Shown: positions 40,000 through 50,361 of the stretch, piece after piece
How the letters are laid out: each line of letters opens with the position of its first letter
Numbering within the stretch: the first letter of the stretch is position 1
Assembly: GCA_028534125.1 (NCBI GenBank)
Contig: CM052817.1
Location: forward strand, 107,200,001 to 107,260,000
DNA length: 60,000 nt
Source: Lama glama
Lineage: Eukaryota
Direction of reading: 5' to 3'
Made by a program: the position numbers and the translations under genes
Notes under the pieces: model-generated
Told to the model about the DNA's origin: nothing
Database searches by the model: none
The model's input: the letters and a program-made list of their open reading frames with translations, nothing else

Positions 40000-41960
40000 G
40001 TAGGGTCACTTGCTTGTCTGGATCTTCGTAGAAAACGTCAGGCTGTTTCAACGTGAGAATTCAATAATGCTATTTAATAGTAATGCTACGAATAATCAGT
40101 CTTACATCTCCTTTTAACCTATCAAAACGTTTCGTAAGTCATGTTGGATTTCCGCAGTGACGTCCGCACAGGGGGCAGGTGGGTATCATCGCCACACTGT
40201 AGATAAAGAAAACAGGAGGTGTGGGGCTCAGCCCTTAGAACTGCTTGTTTATCATGTGGTTTAACCTGGAGAGAGAATGGCCAATTTCTTGGTTTCCAAA
40301 ACCTGAGAGTGGTCTCAGGCAGAGGGATGGAGGTAAACCTACAACCCTTCTTAAAACCTCGCAGACTGGTTAGCAGAGTAAAAATATACCAGTTCCAATT
40401 CAAGGGTTTTTCCCTCCCCATCGCTCTCCATGGAATCTTGAACGAGTTGCATAATTTCCTGATACGGGTTTTTGAATTGGGAAAATGGGGGTGTCAGTAT
40501 CTGTCCTGAACATTCTGTAGCTGTCGTGAGAGCCAAGGAAAGAGTGCGTAAGCATGTATTCAAATGAACAGCTGTTTCCTGGGGTCCTGCTGCATAATCC
40601 CACAGCCGGGTCTGCTTTGCGGTCCTCCGGCATTTCAGCGTGGAGGGTGACAGCAGCCTTCCATGATGACACGGGGAAGAGACCAGCCAGGATGCATCTG
40701 GAGACACCTGCTCCCTACGTGGAGGGGGTCTCCTGGCTCCACTGGAGAACCGTGCTACCTCCCCAGAATATTGCTTATCATCTGTCTCCAGGGATCTGAT
40801 GCGTCAGCAGTTGTCCATCTGACAATTAATTATGTATGTATATGAAATCTTGTGAGGCAGCCTTAGAAGCCCTCTTTGGTGGGTGCTGCCCCCAGGATGC
40901 TCTGTGCTGAAGAAGGGAGCGGCTCGGCTGTGAGTGTGCCTATGTGGTCTGAATTTTGAGCTGGGTCCAGATGAGACTGCTGCAGCATGCGGGAGGAGGC
41001 TTGGATTAGCTCTTTCCCACCACTGAACTAATTTTGTGTAGGATTAGAGCAATCGTGGATTAAATGATCCCAAATGCCTCCTGTCACTTGCTGAATCCAA
41101 CTGAGATGTTTTTGCATGTTTAAAAAAATCTGTGAAAAGACTTACTTAGAAATGATTTCAGACTTTTGGGAAGGTTATTTAGACATCAGCCTGGGGGACG
41201 ATGGATTAGAAGCATTGCTGTGAGGGGTGAGTGTGGAGGGGCGAGTTTGGAGGGCATTTTGGTAACTGTTGAGAGACAAGGAGGGACCGAAAGAAGGCAA
41301 AGAGAAAGGGGAACAGCGGATGCATCTGGGATGCAGAGAGTAAGCTGGGCACTCTGGGTATTGACTGGATGTGGGGGAGACCTCAGCTGCACGGAAGGAG
41401 GAAGGAGAGACAGTGGACCACAGACCTTACGAGATGCGGGCGGGGCGAGGGTAGGAGGCAAAGAAGTGAATGCCAAGTAAACCTCTCTAGAAAGTGCTGA
41501 GTTGTCAAGGAAGGAGAAACTGGGGATAAAGAATGGGGAGGGGGACAGAGGAGAAAGTCGGGATACTGCGAACTTGCAGGTGATGGCCGGAGGTCCCCGA
41601 CAGCTGAGGGCGATGCCCAGCTGTGGGAACTCGCACCAGGCTGCAGGGGTTAGTGCCTAAAGGCAGGCTTTCCTCTCCCACGGCGCACGAAGAAGTGGGA
41701 CCTCCTCTTCTGCCATCCCACAGGGTGGTTCTCACTTAAGACTTTCCCTGCTCTCCAGCACCCCCTTGGCTGCACATACTCAGAGATCGTGTGACTTGGA
41801 TATGTCGGCCCTTAAGGGGTGACGCTGAGGTCCTTACTGTTCACTGCATTAGAGAGCTGACTTCGAAGTCCGCTTCCTATCATGGGTGTGGCAGTATTCC
41901 ACTACCCACCTCCATTTTGGGGGCATTATATATATAACTGGACTGACCCCTCAAGTACCA

Positions 41961-42730
41961 GTGCTAGTCAGGGTTCTCCAGAGACACAGAACCAGCGCAA
42001 TGGATCGATGGATGGATGGATACATGGATGGATGGATGGATGGATGGATGGATGGATGGATGGATGGATACATGGGTGGATGGATGGATGGATACATGGA
42101 TGGATGGATGGATGGATGGATACATGGATGGATGGATATATGGATGGGTGGATACATGGATGGGTGGATGGATACATGGATGGATGGATGGATGGATGGA
42201 CAGACACATGGATGGATGGATGGATATATGGATGGATGGATGGATAGACACATGGATGGATGGATGGATGGATGGATACATGGATGATGGATGGGTAGAT
42301 AGATTGATAGATTATAAGTAGACGATAGACAGGTGCTACATGGATAGGTAGTTAGGAAGGTAGTTAGGCAGGAAGGCAGGTAGGTAGGTAGCTTTCTTTT
42401 AAGGAACTGGTTCATGAGACTTTGGAGGCTGGCAAATCCCAAACCTGCACAGTGGGCTGGAGACTCCAGAAGGCCATGAAGGCAGCCTGGAGGCAGAATT
42501 TCTTCCCTTGGCGGGGGATGTCAGTCTATTTTCTCTTAAGTCCTTCATCTGATTGGACAAGGCCCTCTCACACCATGGAGGATAATCTGCTCTACTCAAA
42601 GTAAATCTAAACCTCTAAATGTTAATCTCACCTAAAAAAAATACCTTCACAGCAACATCCACACTGGTATTTGACCAAATATCTGGGTACCATGGCCTGA
42701 GCAAGATGAGACGCCTAAGACGAACTATTA
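41961..42730. mobile_element. ERVL MLT2-type LTR with an internal microsatellite expansion
   Basis: tagtcagggttctccagagacacagaacca start. tttaaggaactggttcatg, ctgattggacaaggccc and aataccttcacagcaacatcc motifs. Confidence 0.8.
42001..42390. repeat. (TGGA)n compound repeat grading into GATA/TAGG units
   Basis: Seen directly; it produces the spurious WMDG/HPSI ORFs. Confidence 0.95.
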
Positions 42731-43544
42731 AAAGTACCCGTCTCGTCCAGGTGTGAGGATTAAATGAGGTCACCTGTAGCAAGCACCTCACAGACCCAGA
42801 AAGCTATGTGGTTGGTGTGTATGTACGGGTCTAAGTTGTTGTCAAGGACATGATTTTAAAGGGGACATGGAAAACACTGGAGATTTCCATTAAATCCAGA
42901 AAGGATTTTGCAATATCTAATATTACTTCTTCCTGTAGTCTTAACATAATTCAACATGGTATGATGTTGCTACAAAAGTTATACTTGACAGCATATTTTT
43001 CCCGAGGCCATGGGGATCAATGATCTCATCCCTTTCATAGCAAATATTCTCTAATGCCCTTGATTTTCCTAAAATAAAATTCAAAAATAAAATAACCTAC
43101 TCACACACTTAATTTATAACAAACCAATATAGTGCCCAGCTATACTATCTTAAAACTCACAGGAATATATATTTTAATACCTGGACACTGGGGCACTGGT
43201 GGATTAGAACAGAAACTATGATGAGGGTAAGGAGACGCTTGCTTCCTTCCGCTTGGGTCTCCAGGAGGCAACAGAGATGAGCGAACGCAGATACAGGTAG
43301 ACCACTGATGACTCACACTACATGGGTACCACAGCGATTGGGAACACGGTTTTCCAAATTATGTCAATTCCTGTTAAAATCCACACCTTACCAAGTAAAA
43401 TCTTGCCTCATGTGTACAACAGTGGCGTCCCTGGAAAAGTCAGCCTCTGTTCAAATCGTGAGAGAAATACGTTATGCTTCCCTATAGAGCAGAATTAAAT
43501 TCTGAGCTTAGATCATTATAAATGGGTCTTTCAGCCACATGAAT

Positions 43545-43725
43545 GTCAGCAGGATATTTAGAAGTCACACAGGAGGCAGGACAGCTCCTCGTTCCGTGGG
43601 GTGTCCCACACGTTCCAAGATGTCTGTCCCCTCCCTCAGCCCCCACCACTCCCTGCCAGCAGCCCTTACCCATCACTATGCGACTAGAAATGTCCGACAC
43701 TTCCAGGACGTCCCTGCTGAAAACC
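43545..43725. mobile_element. hAT-type MITE (MER20-like)
   Basis: ggggtgtcccacacg...cccaccactccctgccagcagccc...gactagaaatgtccgacacttccaggacgtccc...gctgaaaacctctg. Confidence 0.55.
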
Positions 43726-43847
43726 TCTGACTTACACAGTGAACTTGTTTCAGCAGGAGTGACTGGAAATGAGACCTTCAGTCCAATTAAATGCAACAAA
43801 CAAATCATGTGCAGTACCAGGAAAACGTTCAAGATAAATTCAAAAGG

Positions 43848-43853
43848 TTTATT
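43848..43853 (-). terminator. Distal FNIP2 polyadenylation signal; other AATAAA candidates at 44306-44311 and 46698-46703
   Basis: AATAAA on the minus strand, followed downstream by tgatttgtttgttgc. Confidence 0.65.
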
Positions 43854-46216
43854 GCACCAAATGCCACAGAAAAATGGATCAAAATAATCTGTGAACAAGT
43901 TTTAAGAAAAGATTTCCATACATTGACATTGATCACTATTTAACTGATCAGAAACAGAAAGTCTTACCAATTTGTCTTAACAGAGCTTCAATAACAACAA
44001 ATCAACCCTATAATCTTCTCCTTTTTTAAACACCACTTAAATTTAAGCATACTGCAATCTGGGATGGTTCACCGAATTTTGACATTTAAAAATGCACATT
44101 CAGAGGGGGCAGCTTGATTTAGGCAAATATGATATTAAAATGTCCCCACCCCCAAAGCACAACAGAAAACAAATGGTTCACATTTACCGAGAAGTTGAAG
44201 ACTTTTTCAATTTCATGGTCAAAGTATGCGTGAACAAAATACTTGCAAAAGTACGTACGCATCAGTGGAAAAAGCCGGATGTTTAAAAGAACGGTGGGGT
44301 CACTTTTTATTCCTTATTGTTATGTACACCCAAGTCTAGTGTGGAACTTAAAAAGCTACGGATTAAGTTTTATAAAATCTCAGGACCTCACGAGAGGGCG
44401 CTCACAGCGGCTTAGTATCATCGAGCGGCCGGGATTGTCCTCCCTCCAAAAAAGTCCACTCTGAAAAGGATGGTTAAGTTAAAGTTTTGACGTGTAAACA
44501 GCAGTTCCGCGGGATGTGAAAAGTTGATAGTTGCTTTCAATAAAAAACAGCACGCTTCAGGAAAAAAATGGATTGAAGCCTGTACAAAAAGCTATTTAAC
44601 ACTGATAAAAAATAAAACCCTTTGGAATTCTGCACAAGTACGGAAGCGACACTCTACCTTTTCCTCGTCCTGTTGAGACGCGCACGGTCATCTCGACGCT
44701 GGCATCACTCGTGGACCGCGCACGAGCCGACTGCGATGCCCGGAGGGACGTCGTCCCACTGGCGCGGACACGCCTGCTCGCTGGCGTCCGGACGAGCAGG
44801 GCGCTACGAAGGTACGCTCGCCAGGTAAGACCTCGGCGTGGGGGAGCCCGAGAGGTGGGGTCCTGTCAACTGAGGTAGTTTGCTCTGTGTTCATGTATAT
44901 TTTTAACTTTTTCTTTTTCTCTCGAGGTGGGCACGGGAGAGGGCAGGGTCCCGTCTTGCCTCCTGGGCTGAGGCGGATGAAGCCGCCGGGTGCTGCGCGG
45001 TGCTGAGGCTGCATCTTACGGTCCCACGAGACTCTCCCCTCCGCTTCTGGGTGAACACGCGGGGCTGCGTAGAGGAGGTTTACACGGAGCAGGGACCATC
45101 TTGGCCTGTGTTTGTAGGGCAGCGGCTAACGAGGATACGTGCTGCCTGGAGCCCTGAGCATCCCTGAGGACGCCTCCACCCTGGGGACCCCTCCCCACAA
45201 AGCCTCCCCACAGGACGTTCTCCCCGGGGGTCTGGGGACAGCAGACTGAGGCAAAACCAGTCTCCTCAGGCTTTGAGGGGCTTCTAGGTGAAGTGTGGAA
45301 CCAGCCATCTAGAGCTGTTTCCCCCCGCCTGGGTCCAACTTGCAATAGGCCGCTCCGGGCCACAAAGACAGAGCCAGTTCTGTATCTGTTATTTCCTAGG
45401 AAACCCTAGGAGGTGGAGGCGGAGGAGCGCCCAGAATGTGTAAACAAGGAAGGGGACTGGAGATGGGGAAGCTTGGAGCTGTGCAGACAGGAGGCTGGCT
45501 CGCGGTTTATCACAAGGATGCACACGCAACAAACGTGGGCAGGATGAGCGCAGCATTGCGGCAGGTCCACTCCATCTGTGGACGTGACAACGACAACCCT
45601 GTCATGGAACCAGGGACTCAAAACACCAATCGCAGACGTCAGGCGAAAAGAAACAAACAAAAAACATAAAGAATGGACAACGTCAAGTTTATGAGAGAAA
45701 AGACAGAAAATGTAAATTAGAAGATCTTAAGAGCCTTAACGGACCCACCTCCACTTCACGTCGTAAAGAGAGGGGAGGGCAGCAGGCCTGACCCGTTCCA
45801 AAGAATTATTCCTAAGGAAGAACACACCTGTTTTTCCTCCCTTGGTTCTGCTGCGATGCTCTGTCAAACAAGTAACTCGCATTTGTAACAGAATTAAGAC
45901 ACAGACTTCTGTGACTTGGTGTTTGGGATCAGGATTTCATTGGACAGAAAATCTGAAGTCGTTTCGTATTGTGAGGTGTGGGGGTGACATGGAAAGGACT
46001 GGAATCGATTCGTATGACAGTGAAGGAAATGGGAGCCTGGTTCGAGCGAGCGGTCCTCGCGAGCTGCAGGGCGCCGGCAATGTCTGCCGGGCTCGGTTCA
46101 CTCCTGCCTGTTACCAGGCCATTCCGTGAGAAGTCATTCCTTTACCCTGGACATCAGCACATCGTCTGTTTCACCATCAGTTAACTAAAGTTCTTTTCTA
46201 TCGACAGAACATTAAG

Positions 46217-46217
46217 G

Positions 46218-46248
<31 letters not shown>
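46217..46248. repeat. (GTTTT)n microsatellite in the FNIP2 3' UTR
   Basis: Six units seen directly. Confidence 0.9.
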
Positions 46249-46251
<3 letters not shown>

Positions 46252-47218
46252 GCAAATTGTGGGAATGAATGGACGATTCTTCATTTTGGTGGGTGAGTGA
46301 ATTTCTGGAAAGGTGTTTTGAAAAGGACGTGGGGGTTGGAAGGCACGGAGATGATAATGTAAAAATTTAGCTCATGTGTGGATTGTTCACAAACGCTCCA
46401 ACTAGTCCCTTCCGTGAGTCACCCGGAACCGTGGCAGGTGCCGTGTCCCCCCAGGACAGCGGTACCTGGTAAAGTTCGACGGTCATTCGTCCTCACTCTT
46501 CCGGGAAGAAGGCGGCTTCGGCTGGAAGAACTGAGCAACGGAGACACTCCTGAGCTTGTGGAAACGGCTTTGGTAAACGGCCTCTGAAAAGGCTGCGGCA
46601 AGCTCTGAAGCATTAAGGTGAACGCCGTGGGGCGCGCCCGAGCGCGTGCAGCGCGGACCACGTCTGGATGGGGTGAAGCGGCTACATGAGTCTTGGGTTT
46701 ATTGCACCAACAATGCATCCCTAACCTGCCCACGCCAGCATCGCAAACGAGGTAAACTCGGGGAAGACGAGGGAGCAGCGGGTCCCCGGAGCTCTGGTCC
46801 CCACGGCCAGTCCCAGTCCCCACTCGGCCCTTGGCATTGGCACCCAGGGACCCTTCTCAGAACAGCAGGACAGGCTTCCTCCGCCTGGAGAGCCCACGCT
46901 GAAGCTCTGAGCCGTCTCCTCCTGGAATGGTCCGCGCTCGGAGGTGGTCACTGCTCCGCCCGCACACGCCGTCGGGACCCGCAGCTCCGCGTCCGCGTCC
47001 GCGTCCATGCAGGGCCCCGCCTCCTCCTGCATGAGAATCCCGGGAACCGGAGGCCCGACGTGCTCGGAAAAACACGCACGAACCATGTCGCCCGGCCCAG
47101 CATCCCCTGGAGAGCCACACGGCACGGCGGTGGCCTCGGCGACACGGAGGGCTGACCCTCCTCCTCCGGTGGAGAGCCTGACTCCTCCTTCGTGGGAAGA
47201 CTCGGCCTGAGCGCCAGC

Positions 47219-47297
47219 TCATAAGAGTATCTGAGCCACGTAGGGGGAGTGGGTGCTGGCGACGGCCGTCAGCAGGGGCAGGTCGTTGGACTCGATA
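47219..47297 (-). CDS. FNIP2: FNIP2 last coding segment, (G)[25 protein letters not shown]
   Basis: Acceptor ctctctccgcag|T completes GGT. Canonical FNIP C-terminus [15 protein letters not shown] at 47221-47219. Confidence 0.96.
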
Positions 47298-47379
47298 CTG
47301 CGGAGAGAGCGGAGAGTCAGGCAAGGTGCAGGGCTCACCGCGGAGGCCCGCTGCCCGGCACCCAGCCTGCCCGGCCACC

Positions 47380-47520
47380 GCGCAGGGTCCCGCCGCCCCG
47401 CACGGCGAATGCACGCGATACCTTGTAATAACCTACGATGGAAAGGAATCTGAAAAAGCCCAAGTGTATGTCTGACTGAACCACTCCGCTGTACACCTGA
47501 AACCTGCAAGTTATCTGCAG
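47380..47520 (+). mobile_element. GC-shifted L1 3' end remnant in the last FNIP2 intron
   Basis: ataccttgtaataacctacgatggaaaggaatctgaaaaag...actgaaccactccgctgtacacctgaaac aligns with the reverse complement of the L1 ends at 1881-2085 and 7680-7938. Confidence 0.8.
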
Positions 47521-48335
47521 AAGCCAATGCCCCAGAAGGGGAGGGGACTTAAGTGTGGTACGTAAGGAAAACAAATGTGTGACAGGAAACGCTGGGCGCC
47601 AAACAGCACAGTCGGTCACAGCCTGGGTGTGATGGATGGAAAGACTCAGACAAGAGTGCAGACGCCTGAGTCTTGGGGTCACACTTGGATGAGTGGACGT
47701 AATAGACAACTTCATGGCTGAAAATGTGTTCCTGCCCCAAAGTGCGGGGATGGTCACCAGAGGTTGGGGGGACGGTCACCAGAGGTAAGGGGGACACTTC
47801 TCCATGTGCCCAGTGTCTTTTTCTTACTTCTCTCTGAGAGTAAACCAAAGCCAGAACTTCTCCCAGAGAAGTCAGGGCAGAGACTCCCGGGCAGGTGACA
47901 CACGACTGGTAACAAGCACGTCCCCTCTTCTGCTGGGTGCACAGACAGGGAGGAGGGTGCAGTCACCCCTAGGACACGCGGGCAGGCCCCCAAGTCCAGG
48001 AGAACGGCCCTTCCCCCTTCCTCCAGCAAGACAGGCAGACACAGCTGCTGGAGTGACAGCTGGTGACTTCCCGTCCTTCTGAAGTGACCAGACACGTGGA
48101 GGGGACTTCACTTTCCACTTTCAAGGAGAAAACCACCCAAGGGGAAGACGAAGGAAGCACCGCTAGCTTAAAGGTCTGCATTTGTCCCCGGGTGGGTGTG
48201 AAACTCACTGGGGAGCCGCAGAGGCTTGGGCGGGGGGGTCTGCGGGTTCAGGGCGGCCCCGGGTGGTTGGGTCGGGGGAACAGCAGCAGGACAGCCCCGT
48301 CGCGGGGAGAAGCGGTGCCACTTCACAGAACTCAC

Positions 48336-48451
48336 CCCAGGACGACGCTCAGTTCTTTGACGTGGACTCGCGTGTGCCCGCGGAGGTACTCGGACAGCAT
48401 CTTACTCTTCAGGTACACCTCCTGCAGCCGGTCCTCCAGGTGCATGACGCA
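48336..48451 (-). CDS. FNIP2: FNIP2 penultimate coding exon, [38 protein letters not shown](G)
   Basis: Acceptor ggctccgcag|, donor GG|gtgag, 116 nt, in frame with both neighbouring exons. Confidence 0.96.
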
Positions 48452-48675
48452 CTGCGGAGCCAAGCGCGGCCACGGTGAGGGCGCGCGCCCGGGTCCCTGC
48501 CGGCGCTCTAGGAGCAACTCCCTTAACCCGCCTCTAAGCCCACGACGCTGTCTCAGCTCTTCAACATACACTTAAACAATCACAAGCCCCCTCAAACCCC
48601 ACCACTAGGAAAGATACGAAGAGGTTTCTGTCAAACAATAATGTTTAAGTTTTCCAATGACTTAAGATCTTCATA

Positions 48676-48749
48676 GAACCAGAAATCGACACAACATTGT
48701 AAACTGACTGTAATTCAATAAAAACATGTATATATAAAAAAAGCTGATG
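48676..48749 (+). mobile_element. Extremely truncated L1 3' terminus
   Basis: accagaaatcgacacaacattgtaaactgactgtaattcaataaaa plus A-tail. TSD aagatcttcata / aagaccttcata. Confidence 0.8.
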
Positions 48750-50216
48750 AAGACCTTCATATGTATCCTCTAATCTTTTTTTAAAAAAAGTATGTTTTTC
48801 ACATAGTCGAAATCATTCTGTAAGTACAATTATTTCCTGTTTTCACAAACTTTAGAATAATCCTTTCCCCATGTTATTAAAAATTCTTCAATGTAATTTT
48901 GATGACTAGATAATTTTTCAGAAGGTGAATTCACCATGACTTACTTACCCACATAGCCATCTGCATTTTTGTTATTGTACCTAATTTTGTAAAAAGTATC
49001 TTTGTTACTGTTTTTCCCCCTATATCTCAGACTATTTTGGTGTAAGACATCCCAGAATGACTGGAACAAGGTTATTTTGAACTCTTTTTTTTTTTCTCTC
49101 AAGAATGTATTTTAAGTAGGTCTTTGATGACAGTAAAGAAAGGGCAGTTATTTCCAGGACGTCTCTACACTTGGAATTGTGTCCAGCTTCATTTTTTAGT
49201 GAGCAGCCACCATCTGTGTCTTGCACCAGAGGCAAATGCTTTTGGGTTTGGCAGGCAGAGCTACCCAGGCACCTGATGGCTCCGGGATGGTTAACTCCAT
49301 CAGACAAGATTTTCTTCTAGATCATTATGCCTGCTGTTTTCAAGGTAAAAAAATTAACAGATGCATTTAAAAACGTTGATCTTGACCATCTGGGCGGATC
49401 AGTGACATGGAAAAAGCATCGCATGAGAGATGCCATCTTTTCTGTTTCTCACTGGCTTAAATTCTTCAATGTGCCGTGCAGGGTGGCTGGAGCACAACCA
49501 GTGAGTGAGTGAGAGTAATAATCAAAGCAAGGAGGGCCGCAGCCATTCTCACAGACACGTCCCCCCAGGTAAACCAAGTCCAGTGCTGAAAGGTGTCCTG
49601 TTACATTTCAGTTCCTTACAGAGCAAACGCAAAGGTTTACTAAGTGTTATAAAATACTATACGTTGAGTCCTTTATGTCTTAAAATAGCTCGTTCACGGT
49701 GTTTTCGTGGTCCCCCGGAAAACTGGGTGTTGCCACGTGGAAATGAAGACAACACCGGGTTACACAGAGTGGACATGAAACTTGAACTCAAAGCACTTTG
49801 TAAAAGCCTGATTGTGAAACAGAACTGTTTGGGGATCCCCCTCCCCTTTCTGAGATGGATTTCTTCAATTTTAACTTCTGAAATTTTAAATAGCGACTTT
49901 CTCTTTTCATACTGAGGGAACTAATAGGCATTTAGTCAAGTGTTTCATTCAAGCGATTTTTACGAAGAATTTTTAAACTGTGGGTGAAATTTCCTTTGAT
50001 GGTGATGTTGTCAGGTTAGGTCAGTCACTCATTAAGTGGTTAAACATAACCTCCACCCAAATAGAGGAGGCAGAATTAGCTATGGGAACTGATCGCTGGG
50101 ATAATTAAGATGTCAAATCTAACAAGAGACATGTCATAGACTGCCACATAAAAGTTTTGTAAATACTTACAACAGTAAAAATCTGTAAAATCAAATCTCT
50201 TGCTTCTCTCTTACAG

Positions 50217-50300
50217 AAAAGGAGATTTCAGCCTCCAAGTCGGCAGGAAGCAACTTGCTACTACAAAGGAAAGCTGTCTACAAATGTAGAACAAAGATGA
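50217..50300 (+). CDS. SPMIP2: Probable SPMIP2 terminal coding exon, KRRFQPPSRQEATCYYKGKLSTNVEQR*
   Basis: Strong acceptor tctcttgcttctctcttacag| (AG at 50215-50216). Phase 0 matches the previous exon. Begins KR like the recalled human end KRKH*. TGA at 50298-50300, AATAAA 55 nt later. Confidence 0.68.
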   Translation, partial: KRRFQPPSRQEATCYYKGKLSTNVEQR

Positions 50301-50355
50301 GGCTGTAAGACCCACAGGAGCCTCCTGTGTCCCTCACCCCCGCTGCTCAGGCCCA

Positions 50356-50361
50356 AATAAA
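50356..50361 (+). terminator. Candidate SPMIP2 polyadenylation signal
   Basis: AATAAA downstream of the stop at 50300, followed by GT-rich ggtggtgtcggtctt. Confidence 0.55.

Larger units (their letters stand above)
43830..47218 (-). other. FNIP2: FNIP2 3' UTR (about 3.4 kb)
   Basis: Stretch without recognisable interspersed repeats running from the stop to a minus-strand AATAAA (+ tttatt 43848-43853) with GT/T-rich sequence beyond it. Transposon relics resume below about 43720. The 3' end is approximate. Confidence 0.75.
44640..48560. other. GC- and CpG-rich domain over the FNIP2 3' end (densest at 44640-45080, 46400-47420, 48200-48550)
   Basis: Visibly dense CpG (e.g. gcgcgcccgagcgcgtgcagcgcgg, (ccgcgt)3) compared with the AT-rich first half of the window. 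Not computed. Confidence 0.7.

Noticed and set aside
40000..40056. In-frame continuation of the SPMIP2 exon to a TGA (VGSLACLDLRRKRQAVST*)
   Set aside because: A good donor sits at 40000 and no canonical AATAAA follows closely. Treated as intron, though retention cannot be excluded.
41882..42442. Long ORFs rich in WMDG or HPSI repeats
   Set aside because: Translation artefacts of the (TGGA)n microsatellite.
47752..47797. Tandem duplication ggtcaccagaggt...gggggac
   Set aside because: Ordinary two-copy slippage duplication in an intron with no sign of function.
46419..48575. Multiple 130-185 aa ORFs on both strands
   Set aside because: Expected in very GC-rich DNA that is poor in stop codons. 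Only the FNIP2 exon segments resemble known protein.
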